From an uncultured delta proteobacterium (GTDB taxonomy: Bacteria; Myxococcota_A; Polyangia; Polyangiales; Polyangiaceae): 64,000 nt of DNA. Made by a program: the position numbers and the translations under genes. The notes beneath the pieces were generated by a model. It did no database searches. It saw nothing but the letters and a program-made list of their open reading frames with translations, and was not told the DNA's origin. Every line of letters starts with the position of its first letter. The stretch's first letter is position 1. Of the stretch, positions 1 through 10,944 are shown piece after piece. Location of the stretch: positions 832,001 through 896,000 of the forward strand of contig CAWJCS010000005.1 in assembly GCA_963841435.1 (NCBI GenBank), written 5' to 3'.

Positions 1-855
1 GACTCGGCTCAAGTAGCAAACCGCGGAGTCGTAGGGCGCGAGCCAGTAGGAGCTGTAGCCTCCACTTTCGCCGACGGTAAATTGCCACGTTCCCGCGGAG
101 GTCACATTGCCGCGCACCCAGGATCCATTGTTGTATCCGTAGAGCTTGACGAGCCATCCGTTCGACGGATTGCCAATGAAAAGCGACCGCGCGCCACCCC
201 TAATGAAGGTGTCCTCGAACGCGGTTTCCGCCTGAGTACGGACGTTCAGGATGGAGGAGCTCGACGCGCTCGAGCTCTGGCTGATGTGCACGCTCTCACC
301 GGCGCCCTCGAACTCCCCAGTCACGTCGGTGAGGTACGTCACTGCGTCGCCCCACCACAAACTGGTCGTCAACGTACCGTCCGTGTGGCGTGCCACCCAC
401 CCCTCGTCCGAAAGCCACACGACAGCACCTGGGGGCGCGCGGAAGACTCCCTGCTCCGTGCACGTTGCCTGTACCGCGGTACCCACGTCGGAAGTCAGGT
501 ACCATTCGTCCCATGTCAGAAGGTTGACGCCGACACCGGCGGCGCCGATCCAGTTCGAAAAATTTCCCCAGACGCCGCTGATCATGCAGATGTTGAGATC
601 CCAAAACTTCCCGGTGTTCAGCTGGCCGCCGGCTTTGCTGAAAACCGAGAACTTCAGGCCCTTGTCTTGGGGTCCGGTCGTGTCGAGCTCGGCCAGCCTG
701 CCGTGCGCCTTCATGTAGGCGAGCCGGTCGGAAAGAGCCACCGCGGGTGGAACGCTCTGCGAGCCGCTTTGGTCCCCGTCGTTGACGGACCCGCCACAGG
801 CGCAGAGCGAGCCGGCCGCAACCGCCATCACCAAGAGAGCATGATTCGTCTTCAT
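1..855 (-). CDS. Secreted lipoprotein, runs off the left edge (partial)
   Basis: Hand translation from ATG at 855 with a GAAAGGGAAGGA RBS: MKTNHALLVMAVAAGSLCACGGSVND... (signal peptide plus Cys lipobox). Absent from the ORF track, presumably because no stop occurs before position 1. Confidence 0.7.
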   Translation of the reverse strand, partial: MKTNHALLVMAVAAGSLCACGGSVNDGDQSGSQSVPPAVALSDRLAYMKAHGRLAELDTTGPQDKGLKFSVFSKAGGQLNTGKFWDLNICMISGVWGNFSNWIGAAGVGVNLLTWDEWYLTSDVGTAVQATCTEQGVFRAPPGAVVWLSDEGWVARHTDGTLTTSLWWGDAVTYLTDVTGEFEGAGESVHISQSSSASSSSILNVRTQAETAFEDTFIRGGARSLFIGNPSNGWLVKLYGYNNGSWVRGNVTSAGTWQFTVGESGGYSSYWLAPYDSAVCYLSRV

Positions 856-993
856 TTGTCCTTCCCTTTCGATAGTCACCGCACAAGTTCCGCGCTGCTG
901 GCGCACGACGCCGCAATCTCGATCGGACGTGTCGTGCTTCGATGTTGTCTGTTGCTTGAACTGCTCGCTTACGCCCGCATGCTCGTGCACACC

Positions 994-1668
994 TCAGCCG
1001 GCCACCTCGATGACGGGCTCATCGATCCGGCCCCCGCCGCCTGAGAGGCGGTAACCGTCCCGAGGGAAGAAGACGTCGATGGAGTATCCCGTGTCCTGCT
1101 CCTCGGGCTTCGTCCACGTTTGCTCGTCAATCGCGCGCGCGGCCCGGATCAGACCATCTACGTCGGTCTTCGCCTTCGAGCTCGTGTGGATGGTGAAGCG
1201 GCAAATCGTCGCTCGACAATCAACGTCGGTCACGCTGTTCGGGTCGACGCTGTGCTCCAAGAACGTAGCGTGAAGGCGAGCCTCGGTCACCGAACGCCAG
1301 GATGGATTCCTCGCTTCACTCGACCAGCGCGCGTTCAGCTCCGCCCGATCGCTCGCCAATTCGAGTGCTCGCTCTAGATTCGGTGCGTACTTGAACTCCA
1401 CGGGTTTCCCTGGATCGGTCCCGGGCGCGGCGCTCGACACCTCGATGGGAGGTGGAGGCACCGGCTGTTCCTTGTGCAGGGCCGGGACCGGCGCGGGCGG
1501 GACGTGCGGTACAGGCCGCCCCGGTGACAGGTCCGCGGACTCGCTGACCGAATTCGCGCGAGACCGCTGAGCGGCCGGCTCCTTCGGAGTTGACGACTGC
1601 ACGCGTTGCCAAATCGCTCCCGTCAGGACCAGTGCACCGATGGCGATGACTAGTTTGTTGGGTCTCAT
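994..1668 (-). CDS. Hypothetical membrane-anchored protein
   Basis: MRPNKLVIAIGALVLTGAIW N-terminal TM, Pro-rich linker, C-terminal 'VDCRATICRF' domain of a type common in myxobacteria. Confidence 0.65.
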   Translation of the reverse strand: MRPNKLVIAIGALVLTGAIWQRVQSSTPKEPAAQRSRANSVSESADLSPGRPVPHVPPAPVPALHKEQPVPPPPIEVSSAAPGTDPGKPVEFKYAPNLERALELASDRAELNARWSSEARNPSWRSVTEARLHATFLEHSVDPNSVTDVDCRATICRFTIHTSSKAKTDVDGLIRAARAIDEQTWTKPEEQDTGYSIDVFFPRDGYRLSGGGGRIDEPVIEVAG

Positions 1669-1688
1669 GCCTTCTTCTCCACTGCGAA

Positions 1689-2400
1689 TCAAAGGGCCAT
1701 TCGTCCGTTGAGCCAGTCGAGAACCCCCAAAAGACGCACGTATCGATCCGTGCCCACGCAGTCAGGGCTGCCCTGACTCAAGATGCCGAGGGCGGCGACG
1801 TCTCCCGACTCGTTGCGTGTCAGCAGTGGTCCGCCCGAATCCCCCGCGCAAGCACCGCTCACGCCAGCACCCGAAACAGAAATTGAGGCATCGTTGACCA
1901 CGGACACTGCCTCGACCGCGAAACGCCGGCCGGTCGCGCCGTCGTCCGTCTGCCCGAACCCGGAGAGCTCGACCAGCATTCCGGCCTCGAGCCCGTGTCG
2001 TCTCCGTAGCCGAGCGGAACGAACTCAGGGGCGGATTGCTCCGGAATTCTGAGCAGGCAAAGGTCCTCACTCTCGTGCGGCACGAACTCCTCGACCGCGC
2101 CGCGTCGAGCCGTCACACGTGCCCCCCTCGCCGAAGGTGCGCGCATGGCCGTGTGCTCCAGGTCGTCCACGCAGTGTCGCGCAGTAGGCACCCATCCCGG
2201 AGCTACCGCGGCCCCGTGCAAGTCTGGAAGTGGTTCGGGCACCAACGGTGGTCCTGGCGTCAAGCCGCACGATCGCATCGGCCTCGGCTCGAGCCATCGA
2301 CAGAAACCCCTCCTCGGGTTCGCCGCCTACGATGCAGTCAACTGCTCCGGTGACGCCGGACTCTCCCATCCCGCCGGTACCGGAAACGCCGGGACAGCGA
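1689..2400 (-). pseudogene. Trypsin-like (S1) serine protease, frameshifted
   Basis: Three frames supply IVGG (ORF 2067-2486), 'WVPTARHCV' (His motif, ORF 1859-2278) and 'CAGDSGGPLL' (Ser motif, ORF 1689-1979). Confidence 0.75.
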
Positions 2401-2988
2401 GGAGAAGCGAGGGAGTGGCGCTGGACAGGTGCACGTTCGTTGACGGCTTTCTGGCGGATCCAGCGACGAATCGACGTCCCCATCACCTGGGCAAGCGATT
2501 GGTGTTCGTGCCGCGTCGGGTCCGTGGTGAACTTCAGATCTTCGGCGACCTCTGATCGACGTTGACCTCTACTAACGACGCAGAGCTCGTCGATCTATGG
2601 GCAGTTTGGCGACATGCGCGATGGAACAGGCAAGGGGTCGCCTCGCGTGCCGGCCGATCTCGGCGCAAGCACAGTCGCATGGCGAAGGACCCGTTTCGCT
2701 TCCTGCGCGCGACGTTTACCGGTGGACGCAGTACTGGAGCGTCGAAGACCAGGGGCTCTAGACGCGACGCCGTCTATGGGTGGCTGATCTGCGCGTCGAT
2801 TGCCGTCGAGAAGGCCCTCGGAGACCGGCTGTGGATTTCGAAGGAGCTCACCCGACGATCACCCAATTGGCTCGCTCGAGCGGCAAGCACATGGCCGGCT
2901 GATCCAAGAGGCCGCCAGGACGGGGCAGACGGTCGATCTGTAGGCCGAGCGGCGCGAGGGGTCGCGGTGGTGAGCTCGCGCGCGGTGC

Positions 2989-4240
2989 TTGATGCGAGCC
3001 TCCCGCAGCGGCGCGCGGCGCGCGGAGCCAGTGGACGCCGAGCGACGCCGCGTGCTCGGCGTGCTGCGGCGGTTCGGCTGGAACGCGACCTCGTTTCAGA
3101 TCCTCGAGCCGGGTTTCGTACTGGTTCGCCGGCGACGACGCTTGCGTCGCGTACGTGGATACCGGGCGCGCCTGGGTGGCGGCGAGGCGCGCCGGTGGCC
3201 GACGGCGACGGCTCGTGGCGGTGGCGGGCGGCGTTCGTGCGAAGAGCGCGGCAACAACGCCGGCGCGCGCTGTTCTTCGCCACCGAGGGACGCTTCGCGG
3301 GCAGCGGCTCGATTCCATGCTCATCGGCGAGCAGCCGCTGTGGGATCCGGCCCTTTGGAGCCAGATGCTGCAGCGCGTTCCGAGCTTGCGCGAGCAGCTG
3401 CGCCGCGCCCGCGCCAAGGGCGTCGCGGTCACCGCGCTCTCGCCCGCGGCCCTCGCCGATCCCGGGTGCGCGGAGCGGCAGGAGATCGACTCGCTGATCG
3501 AGCGCTGGATGGGCACCAAGCCCATGCCGCCCATGGGGTTCCTCGTGCGGGTCCACCCTTACTCGTTCCCGGAGGAGAGAAGCGTCCTGGTCGCCGGCAG
3601 GGGGCCGGCTGGTCGGCTTCGCCGGCGTCGTCCCGGTGTACGCGAGAAACGGTCGCTTCATCGAAGATCTCGTGCGTGCTCCCGAAGCGCCCGAACGGCA
3701 CCATCGAGCTCCTGGTGGACGCGGCGATGCGCGACGGCCGCAGAGGAGGGGATCGAGCGTCGTCACGCTCGGACTCGCGCCGCTGGCCGGGCGCCGTGCC
3801 GATTGGCCTGCGCCTTGCGGCGACGCTGGGGGGCGCCGCTCTACGATTTTCGCGGGCTGCAGTCGTTCAAGGCCAAGTTCCGGCCGCGTGAGTGGGTTCC
3901 CGTCTACCTCTCGTATCCGAGCGAGCAGACGATGCAGGGGCGGTCTACGACAGCCTTTCGGCTTTCGCTCAGCACGGCCTCTTGCGCTACGGGTCGAGAC
4001 GCTGCTCCGGGTCCTCCGATCGTGGTGCGCATCCTGGCGGCGCTGCTCGTGCCCTGGACCGCTCCTGCTGCGGCCGTGGACCCGGCCTGGTTTCCGGCGC
4101 CGTGGGTGCAAGGGTTCTGGGTCGTCTTCGACGTCCTCTTGTGCGCGAGCCTGCTCGTCCTGAGCGTGCGCTGGCGAGCCTGGCTGGCGACTCTGCTGCT
4201 CGCGCCGCTCTTGACGCCGACCCGAGAGGACGTTGAGGAC
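2989..4240 (+). pseudogene. Phosphatidylglycerol lysyltransferase C-terminal-like (DUF2156/MprF-like) protein, frameshifted and 3'-cut
   Basis: 'LRRFGWNATSFQILEPGF', 'PNGTIELLVDAAMR', 'LGLAPLAG' and 'LYDFRGLQSFKAKFRPREWVPVY' spread over several frames; ends at repeat A. Confidence 0.7.
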
Positions 4241-4337
4241 CAGCGGTCCGGCCCGCAGGCTGGATGGCATATTCGGCGATCCGGTAAAGTCCAGCACGCC
4301 ATCCACCGCGACGGATGCGTTTGCTTCGCCTATCCCC
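4241..4337 (+). repeat. ~100-bp element A, copy 1 (IS91/ISCR oriIS-like end)
   Basis: CAGCGGTCCGGCCCGCAGG...GATGCGTTTGCTTCGCCTATCCCC; near-identical copies at 6713-6812 (-), 46095-46190 (+) and 56361-56460 (-). Confidence 0.9.
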
Positions 4338-4609
4338 ACAAGACCGAGACGACGGGCAAGGGCGGCAACCGCCACCCCTACAACCTCGGCGGTGAGCCGT
4401 GACGAACCACGACGACTCCTAAGCGTGGCGGCCACGCCCCTATAGTGGCGTGGACCGTCCGCCACGTTTCCGAAGCCTGGCGCCGCGACGGTTCGCGAGA
4501 CTTCGCCACGCTTGGCCAGGCTCTCACTGGAGCTTCGGAATCGAGCGCCCCCATGGTGGACGCGTCGGCGAGGCGTTGGACGCCATCGAGCGATGGCTGC
4601 GCGTCGAGA

Positions 4610-5264
4610 TCAGGGAGTCGTAGGCTTGTTCGAGGTCGTCGGGAGGGCTGGAGGAGGAGGCGAACTCGCCAGGCCGAGCAGCACGAGTTGGATTGCCGGA
4701 ACGTAGTTTCCCCGCATCGCCTGAGCCATGACGGTTCCGTACGGTGGTCCGGGTCGCCGGACGACCGACATCCAGTTACCCGGAAGGCCCAGGCGGTGGA
4801 GTAGCACCCGCCAGAGAAGGCGCGATGTGCGACCGTTCCCATTCAGGAAGGGATCGGATTCTGATGAACTCCCCCACGGCAGTGCCTACGATGGTCGCAA
4901 CCCGCCGGAGCTTCTCGTCGAGCGAGAGCGTCGTCCAATTCAGCTCGACGGCACTCAGTCGGGCGTGCAACACCACGGCGAACTCGGCAACAAGCTGCGG
5001 AACGGTCCGATAGTGAGCGCCAGCGACGCCGTCAACCGTGACATTCGTTCCGAGGCACACGAACCGCTTGTTGTCCTGTCGAACGTTGCCGGCGTAGTAA
5101 CGAACCGGCGCGACCTCGCGGAAAAGCGCGTCGTGCCAGCTCCGGATGGCGCTCGCGCCAGGGACCTGCTGGCGCGCCTCCGTGCAAGCCTTGACTAGGA
5201 CGCCGTGCGCCTGTGCGAAGCAGGCGGGCGCCGTGTGTTCGTCCCGGTCTACCGACCGGGGCAC
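4610..5264 (-). CDS. Fic-domain protein (1-nt frameshift in the catalytic motif)
   Basis: 'GEFIRI' then, in the shifted frame, 'PFLNGNGRTSRLL' = HPFxxGNGR Fic motif; continues into ORF 4610-4807. Confidence 0.75.
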
Positions 5265-5276
5265 TCGAACGTCTGT

Positions 5277-5696
5277 CTATGTCTCGTCTTCTTCGCCGCC
5301 ACCGATGTCCTGTGACGGACCCCAACATGTCTCGATATTGGCAGTGCCCCTCTTCAGAATTTCGTCCACGTTCGCGCCCGATGCGCGGAGCTCCGCGAGT
5401 GCTCGCGTCCAGTCGGCGTCCATTTCCTTCTGGTCGCGCATGATGCGAAGCGCGCGGCCCATTTTCTCCGGCTGGACCGTGACGCCGGGACCCGCGCGAA
5501 CCGCATCGACGGCCGGAGCAATGACGCGGTCGGCCGCGGCGAACGTCACGTGCGGGAAGGCGGTCGTCGCCGCGCAGGCGAACGCCGTGGTCAGGAACAC
5601 CGCGTTGGCGGAGATGCGCTCGCGAGGGCTGCGCGCGGGGTTCTTCCTGCGTACCGCGAACTCGTCGATGTCGGTCAGATCGTCGCCCGAGAACAT
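5277..5696 (-). CDS. Hypothetical protein (139 aa), upstream of Fic gene
   Basis: Compact ORF, tightly spaced with both neighbours, AGGAG RBS. Confidence 0.6.
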   Translation of the reverse strand: MFSGDDLTDIDEFAVRRKNPARSPRERISANAVFLTTAFACAATTAFPHVTFAAADRVIAPAVDAVRAGPGVTVQPEKMGRALRIMRDQKEMDADWTRALAELRASGANVDEILKRGTANIETCWGPSQDIGGGEEDET

Positions 5697-5699
5697 GCG

Positions 5700-6188
5700 C
5701 TAAGCTCCTCCCTGGGGTTCCACGACCGCACCTTGCACTGGCGGCTCGTTTTCGATCAGGCCCAGGATCTCGTCAACCAGAGACGATAGAAGGGCCGTAT
5801 TCATCGAGATTTCGACGACCGGATGAACAAACTCGGGGGAATAACCCGCTCTCAGGGCCGTGAGATCCCCCGCCGAGATGCGGTAGAAACGGATGTCCGC
5901 GTCGTCCGCGAGGAACGCGATCGTGACCACGGACGCGCGCTCGCGCACGACGCGCCTCGCTTCGAGCTTGATGTTTGGCGAGCTTGGCGCACCCGTGGCG
6001 CGCGCGGCGTAGCCCCTGAGGGAGGGGACGAACCCGGGGTTCGCGTTCATCACGTGGGCGAGGCGCTCGTACGGCACTTCGATTGCGAGTGCGGCCGCGA
6101 GCGCCGAGCCGTCGAGCGTCGTCTGCCCGAACGTCAGCATGACGCCCCCGGCTACGCGGCGTGCGTTCGCCCAGTCGGCGCACATCAC
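5700..6188 (-). CDS. Hypothetical protein (~150-160 aa)
   Basis: Protein-like composition; stop lies 4 nt before the next start. Confidence 0.55.
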   Translation of the reverse strand: MMCADWANARRVAGGVMLTFGQTTLDGSALAAALAIEVPYERLAHVMNANPGFVPSLRGYAARATGAPSSPNIKLEARRVVRERASVVTIAFLADDADIRFYRISAGDLTALRAGYSPEFVHPVVEISMNTALLSSLVDEILGLIENEPPVQGAVVEPQGGA

Positions 6189-6712
6189 TCGGTCCGGCGG
6201 CGGAAGATCGGCCGCGCGGATCTCGACCGCCTCGATTCCAGCCGCCGGCGTCCAGCCTCACCTCGTAGGGCGCCCCGCTCGGGTTCGGGCGCACCGACGC
6301 CAGCTGATTCCGATTCCGATTTGGCTTGCGGTGCTGCACGATGCGCTCCTGGCGGGGGCCGGGTCGCGGCAGTCTCGCTCACCGCGCCCCGCCGGTCTGA
6401 GCGTAGCAGAGCCCCGTCGGTTGCGGGCAATTCTACAGCTTTACTGCACCCCTTGAGCCCGAATCGATTCGCAAGTCACCGACACCGCTACAGGGATGCC
6501 GGAGTCCTCGGCCCTTGCGCCGCTGCAGAAAGCATCGACTCCCGTCGCGTCCACCTGTGACCCTCGGAGCGTGCGCGCGCTGTCGTACTGAAACATTCGT
6601 GCGTCATTCCTGTGCGCCGGCATTCTAGCGGGTGAAGCGCGAGCGTAGGTGGCCGTCAACGCTGATGTTCCTTCCTCACCAAGCCGGTGAGGAAGGCTTC
6701 GGACCGCGCGGT

Positions 6713-6812
6713 GGGGATAGGCGGAGCAAACGCATCCGTCGCGGTGGATGGCGTGCTGGACTTTACGGATCGCCGAAGATGCGATCCAGCCTGCCTGCGG
6801 GCCGGACCGCTG
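6713..6812 (-). repeat. ~100-bp element A, copy 2 (inverted)
   Basis: GGGGATAGGCGGAGCAAACGCATCC...GGGCCGGACCGCTG. Confidence 0.9.
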
Positions 6813-8280
6813 GCGGTCCGCTCGCTGCGCAGGGTCAGCCGATCACGACCAGCGACTACGCGCTCGACCTATTTCCAGGGCCGCTCTTCGCCGGCTGGCG
6901 TGTCACCAGCCTCGCCGGCGCGTACGTCGCAATCGCGGAGGACGTTGACGGCGATCTGCAGAATCGGCTTCGCCGGCCGTGCGCCCGTTCTTCTCGTACA
7001 CGCACTTCGACTACTGGCTCGGGTTCGGTCTGACGTTTCCCGCCGACCTCGCCAACATGGATCTTCAACAGCGGGAGCAAGACGAATGTCCCGAATCCGC
7101 CGAAGTCGTTCGTGTTCTTCACGCCGGCCGTGAACCTGCAGTGGGGTGAGACGGGGATCGGGCTCAATCTCGCGGTTCAGCAGTATGCGCTCTCCTCTCC
7201 CGAGGAAGGGCAACGGCGCGGCATCACGGCCACGATCCCGACGATGCACATCCAGTTGGCCCACGGCTTTCTGCACAACCAATTCGTTGCGGGCGTCGGC
7301 GTGCGCTACATCACCATGACCGTCAACTCCCCCGATGAAGAGGGATTTCCGTTTCGCTCGTCAGGCCCCGGCTTCGAGTTCGGCGCGGTGTACAAGCCCG
7401 AGAACGTGCCGCTCCGGCTGGGCGTCGCGTACCGAACGCCGATTGTCACGCAGGCTTCCTACAGCGACAACCTCTTGCCGAACGCCAACGGCGATCTGAT
7501 CATTCAGAACTCCGACGCGCCAATATCTACCTGCCGAAGGCGGTCGCCTCCCCGTGGGACTTCAACTTCGGCATTGCCACTCAGATCGGCCGCCGCCCGA
7601 TCAATCCCCCCTGGCGCGAGGATGAGGAGCAAATCGAGCAGCAGACGCTCGAGCGGCGCCTGCGCGGGCTCGCGCGCGAGAGGGCACGAGACAAGGCCCT
7701 CCGGTCCGCGCGCACGAACGCCGAGTACGAAGCGATCCAGCGAAAGTTCGAGAAAGAGGAGGCGGAGGACGACCGGCAGCTCGAGATCGCGCCCTTGAGG
7801 GTGAAGACGCTCATCGAGAAGCAGCTCACGCAGATGAATCGCTATTACGTTCAATTTGCCGCCTCGATGCTGATGTCGGGCTCCGTCGAAAACGCGGTGG
7901 GCGTCGAAAGCTTGGTCAGCCAAACCGTGAATCGGTCGGGCCTGCATGTCGTTTCGTCCCCGCGCGTCGGCATGGAGGTGCCCATCTTCCGCACCTGGCT
8001 CAAGGCTCGCGGCGGCTCGTACCTCGAGCCCACGCGCTTCGAGAGCAGCGACATGCGCGTTCACGGCACCTTCGGCCTCGATCTCAAGCTCGCCGTCTGG
8101 AACGCGTCGGCCTCTGGCCGGACAACTACATGTGGCGCCTCGGCGCCGGTGGCGACGTGGCTCGCGACTACTTCACCTGGGGTGTCACCATCGCCGGCTG
8201 GTATCCGAGGCACAACGAGCCGGACGCGGTTCCGAACTTCGCGGCCCCGCTCGAAGCTCAGAATCCGCATCCCTAGCTGA
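6813..8280 (+). pseudogene. Outer-membrane beta-barrel-like protein, 5'-truncated and frameshifted
   Basis: 'TTSDYALDLF..SLAGAYVAIAEDVDGDLQN', 'GPGFEFGAVYKP..LRLGVAYRTP' and 'ARGGSYLEPTRF..RVHGTFGLDL' across frames; begins directly at repeat A. Confidence 0.55.
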
Positions 8281-8774
8281 ACGACCTCGGGAAGTGGCGC
8301 GGCCCGGCCGCGGTCACGGTCAAGACGAAGCCCCCGAGGCTACGGAAACCCCGCCACCTTGCCCGAGCGCGAAATCCACCTACAAGCTCGGCTACGAGCT
8401 CTACGCGCACGACTCGAACCCGCACCCCGCAGTACCACGGCACCTCGACCAACGAGTTCAGGGTGACGGATTGCGCGGACGTTGCGTTCGACCCGACCTT
8501 CTAGCCGTCGCGGCTCGAGCTCTTCATCCGCGGAGGCGACGACTGCCTCTACCGCTAACGCCGTTTCATCTTTCGCGCCGCGACGGTTGGCGCGTGCATT
8601 TCTTGCGCGACCGGGGTTCCGATTCGGACGCCGCGTTGGGGATGTCAGGCGAAAGCGAACCACCTGCCGCTGACCGCCCCCGCGGCAATTTGCTCGAAAC
8701 TTTCGTGCGCGGGCATCAAGGGCGCCTGGTTGAGGAAGCTCGGATGACGCATGCCCCCATGTAAGCTCAGGCCA

Positions 8775-10163
8775 ATGGCGACCACCAAGGAGTGGCACGT
8801 TTTCCTCGGGCATGCGTCGGAGGATGTCGCGCTTGCTCGGGTGCTCGCCGGAGAGCTTCGGCAGCTGGGCTGGACCGTCTTCATTGCCGCGGACGACATT
8901 GCGCTGAAGGCTGGCGCTGTCGGCTGGAGCGCGGCCATCGACGCTGCGCTCGACCGCTCCAGGGTTCTCGTGACCATCGCGTCCCCGCGGTCGGCTGGAT
9001 CTCGATGGGTCGAATACGAGTGGCGGAGCTTTCACGAAGCGCTGCTCGGTGGACTCGAGATGGGAGTCATCGTTCCGTTCTGCGTCGGGGGTCGCGTGCG
9101 CGACCAGCTGGAACGCACGCTGCGTTACTATCAAGCCGTGGAAATGGCGGGCTACGAGCTCACTCGTCGAGCGCTCGGTGAGATCGACGGGCTCATTAGG
9201 ACGCACCTGGAAGAGCGGAACGTTCCGCGGCGCTGGTCGCTCTGGTACGCGACGGTCACCGAGCCGGATCTGTCCTTCCTGGACGCGGAACTGAGTCCCG
9301 ATGAAGTGGACCAAGTTGGGATCGACGCGTGGTGGCCGGAACCGCTCGAAAAATTCATGGAGGTTAACCGAGAGCGAGTGGAGCGCGGTGCCTGGAACGA
9401 CCTGTACAGGATTCAGACCACGGGGCAGATGGCATGGAAAACCAAGATGATTGAAGGAGTGCGGGCGCTCGCAAAGGTTCCACGGAACGCCTCCGAGCGG
9501 AAAAGTTTGAGAGAGTCGTTTCAAGCGTACCTTGCGGCGTACGCCGTCGGGCTTTTTCAGCATCTCAATGGCTTTCGCCCGACCGATTGGGCTCCGCCTG
9601 ATGGTGATCCCGGGCTCTCCGGTCAGCGGGTTCCACAGGGCAGATTGTTTCGTGGCGGGATGATCGGTCTTGCGCAGGTGAAGCGCTGGGAACCGATTGG
9701 GTGGGTCTCCGCTCGCCATGACGCGGGCGGTGACTACAACCGGATTCTGCTCCCCTTAGGGGCGGTCTTGAGGTCGTGCCAGCTGTCACCAGCCGGGAAG
9801 CAGGTATTTGACGACCAGGATTTCTTCCGGTTCATTGTCCCTCAACTGCTGGACCTTTTTTCGCACGATGCGACCGCGTCGGTCCGCGCCATCCTCGACA
9901 AGCGTCCGCTGGCGACGCTCGACGAGTTTCACACATGGGTCGTCGATTCACAGTCTTACGAGGAAGTGTCACACGGCAATCGAGACTGGCCGCGTATCGA
10001 GAGCGCGATCATCTCGGCCGTGCAGGGCCGGCCGAGAAAGGAGGGCTCGTCGGCTCGCGAAGAGGCACTTACCACCTACGCGAGCTACAGCGAGCTCGCG
10101 TATCTAAGCCCCGAGATAGCCAGGCTGGCAGGCTCCGCGCGAGATGCCGCAATGGGCCGCTGA
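8775..10163 (+). CDS. TIR-domain protein (N-terminal TIR_2 plus unknown C-terminal domain)
   Basis: 'VFLGHASEDVALARVLAGELRQLGWTVF...SRVLVTIASPRSAGSRWVEYEW' with the conserved Glu. Confidence 0.8.
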   Translation: MATTKEWHVFLGHASEDVALARVLAGELRQLGWTVFIAADDIALKAGAVGWSAAIDAALDRSRVLVTIASPRSAGSRWVEYEWRSFHEALLGGLEMGVIVPFCVGGRVRDQLERTLRYYQAVEMAGYELTRRALGEIDGLIRTHLEERNVPRRWSLWYATVTEPDLSFLDAELSPDEVDQVGIDAWWPEPLEKFMEVNRERVERGAWNDLYRIQTTGQMAWKTKMIEGVRALAKVPRNASERKSLRESFQAYLAAYAVGLFQHLNGFRPTDWAPPDGDPGLSGQRVPQGRLFRGGMIGLAQVKRWEPIGWVSARHDAGGDYNRILLPLGAVLRSCQLSPAGKQVFDDQDFFRFIVPQLLDLFSHDATASVRAILDKRPLATLDEFHTWVVDSQSYEEVSHGNRDWPRIESAIISAVQGRPRKEGSSAREEALTTYASYSELAYLSPEIARLAGSARDAAMGR

Positions 10164-10175
10164 ACCACGGCGCCG

Positions 10176-10930
10176 ATGACCCTTGCCCCCGAAGCCAGCC
10201 GCGCCGCTGCGCGCGACGCTCACTGCTGGTTCTCCACCGACCACGTATCGGGCGACCCAGCGTGCACCGAATGGAAACGCCGAGCCCGGCTCCGCCAGGC
10301 CACGTGGCGCTCCGCTCGCGGCTTCCCAATCGGCTCCGAACCCTATTCCGGCGGCGATGCCTCGACTCCCGTCGCAGCCGCTTGGCGCTGGCGTTCGCGC
10401 AGACGAGCGGCGCGAACTTCCTCACGCCCGCCGCTCTTCGAGCCGTTCGAGCGCGGGTCGCGAGTCCGGAGCGTCACCAAATGCTCAATCACGAGCGTCT
10501 CTGGGCAGATCTACTCTCGTCAATGCCGCTCTGCTTCAATCTCTTTGGCGATCTCGCGGAGGAACCTGAGAAAGTCGCACGTGCCGTAAGCACTTGGTGG
10601 CCCGACGCGCCCGCGGGGCCTGTGACCCTTCGCTTCGAGCACTCGCCGGGGCGAAGCGAGCCTCTCTACCTCGGCAACAAGAGCGCCTTCGACGCGGCGT
10701 TCGACATCGGCGGCGAAGTGGGCCCGCGCGCGGTCGTCGGCGTCGAAACCAAGTACCACGAGCATGCGAAGGCCGAGAGCGTCCCCCAGCCGGACGCGCT
10801 CGCCCGCTACACCGAGGTCACCGAGCGCTCCGGTGTCTTCGTGGATGACTGGCGACCCCGGCTGATTGGCACGGACCTGCAGCAGATTCTGGCTCGACCA
10901 CCTGCTGGCACTTTCCATGCTCCAGCACCC
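10176..10930 (+). pseudogene. Putative PD-(D/E)XK restriction-endonuclease-like protein (PGN_0703-like), frameshifted and 3'-cut by an IS91 fragment
   Basis: 'RLWADLLSSMPLCFNLFGDL...FEHSPGR...SAFDAAF...VGVETKYHE' followed by 'WLDHLLALSMLQH'. Confidence 0.65.
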
Positions 10931-10944
10931 CGAGCCGCCGACTC

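Noticed and set aside
82-1044. Long Arg/Ala/Pro-rich ORFs here and elsewhere (e.g. 2774-4465, 8340-9719, 42071-43552, 57046-58404)
   Set aside because: Shadow ORFs opposite or overlapping better-supported genes, as expected in high-GC DNA.
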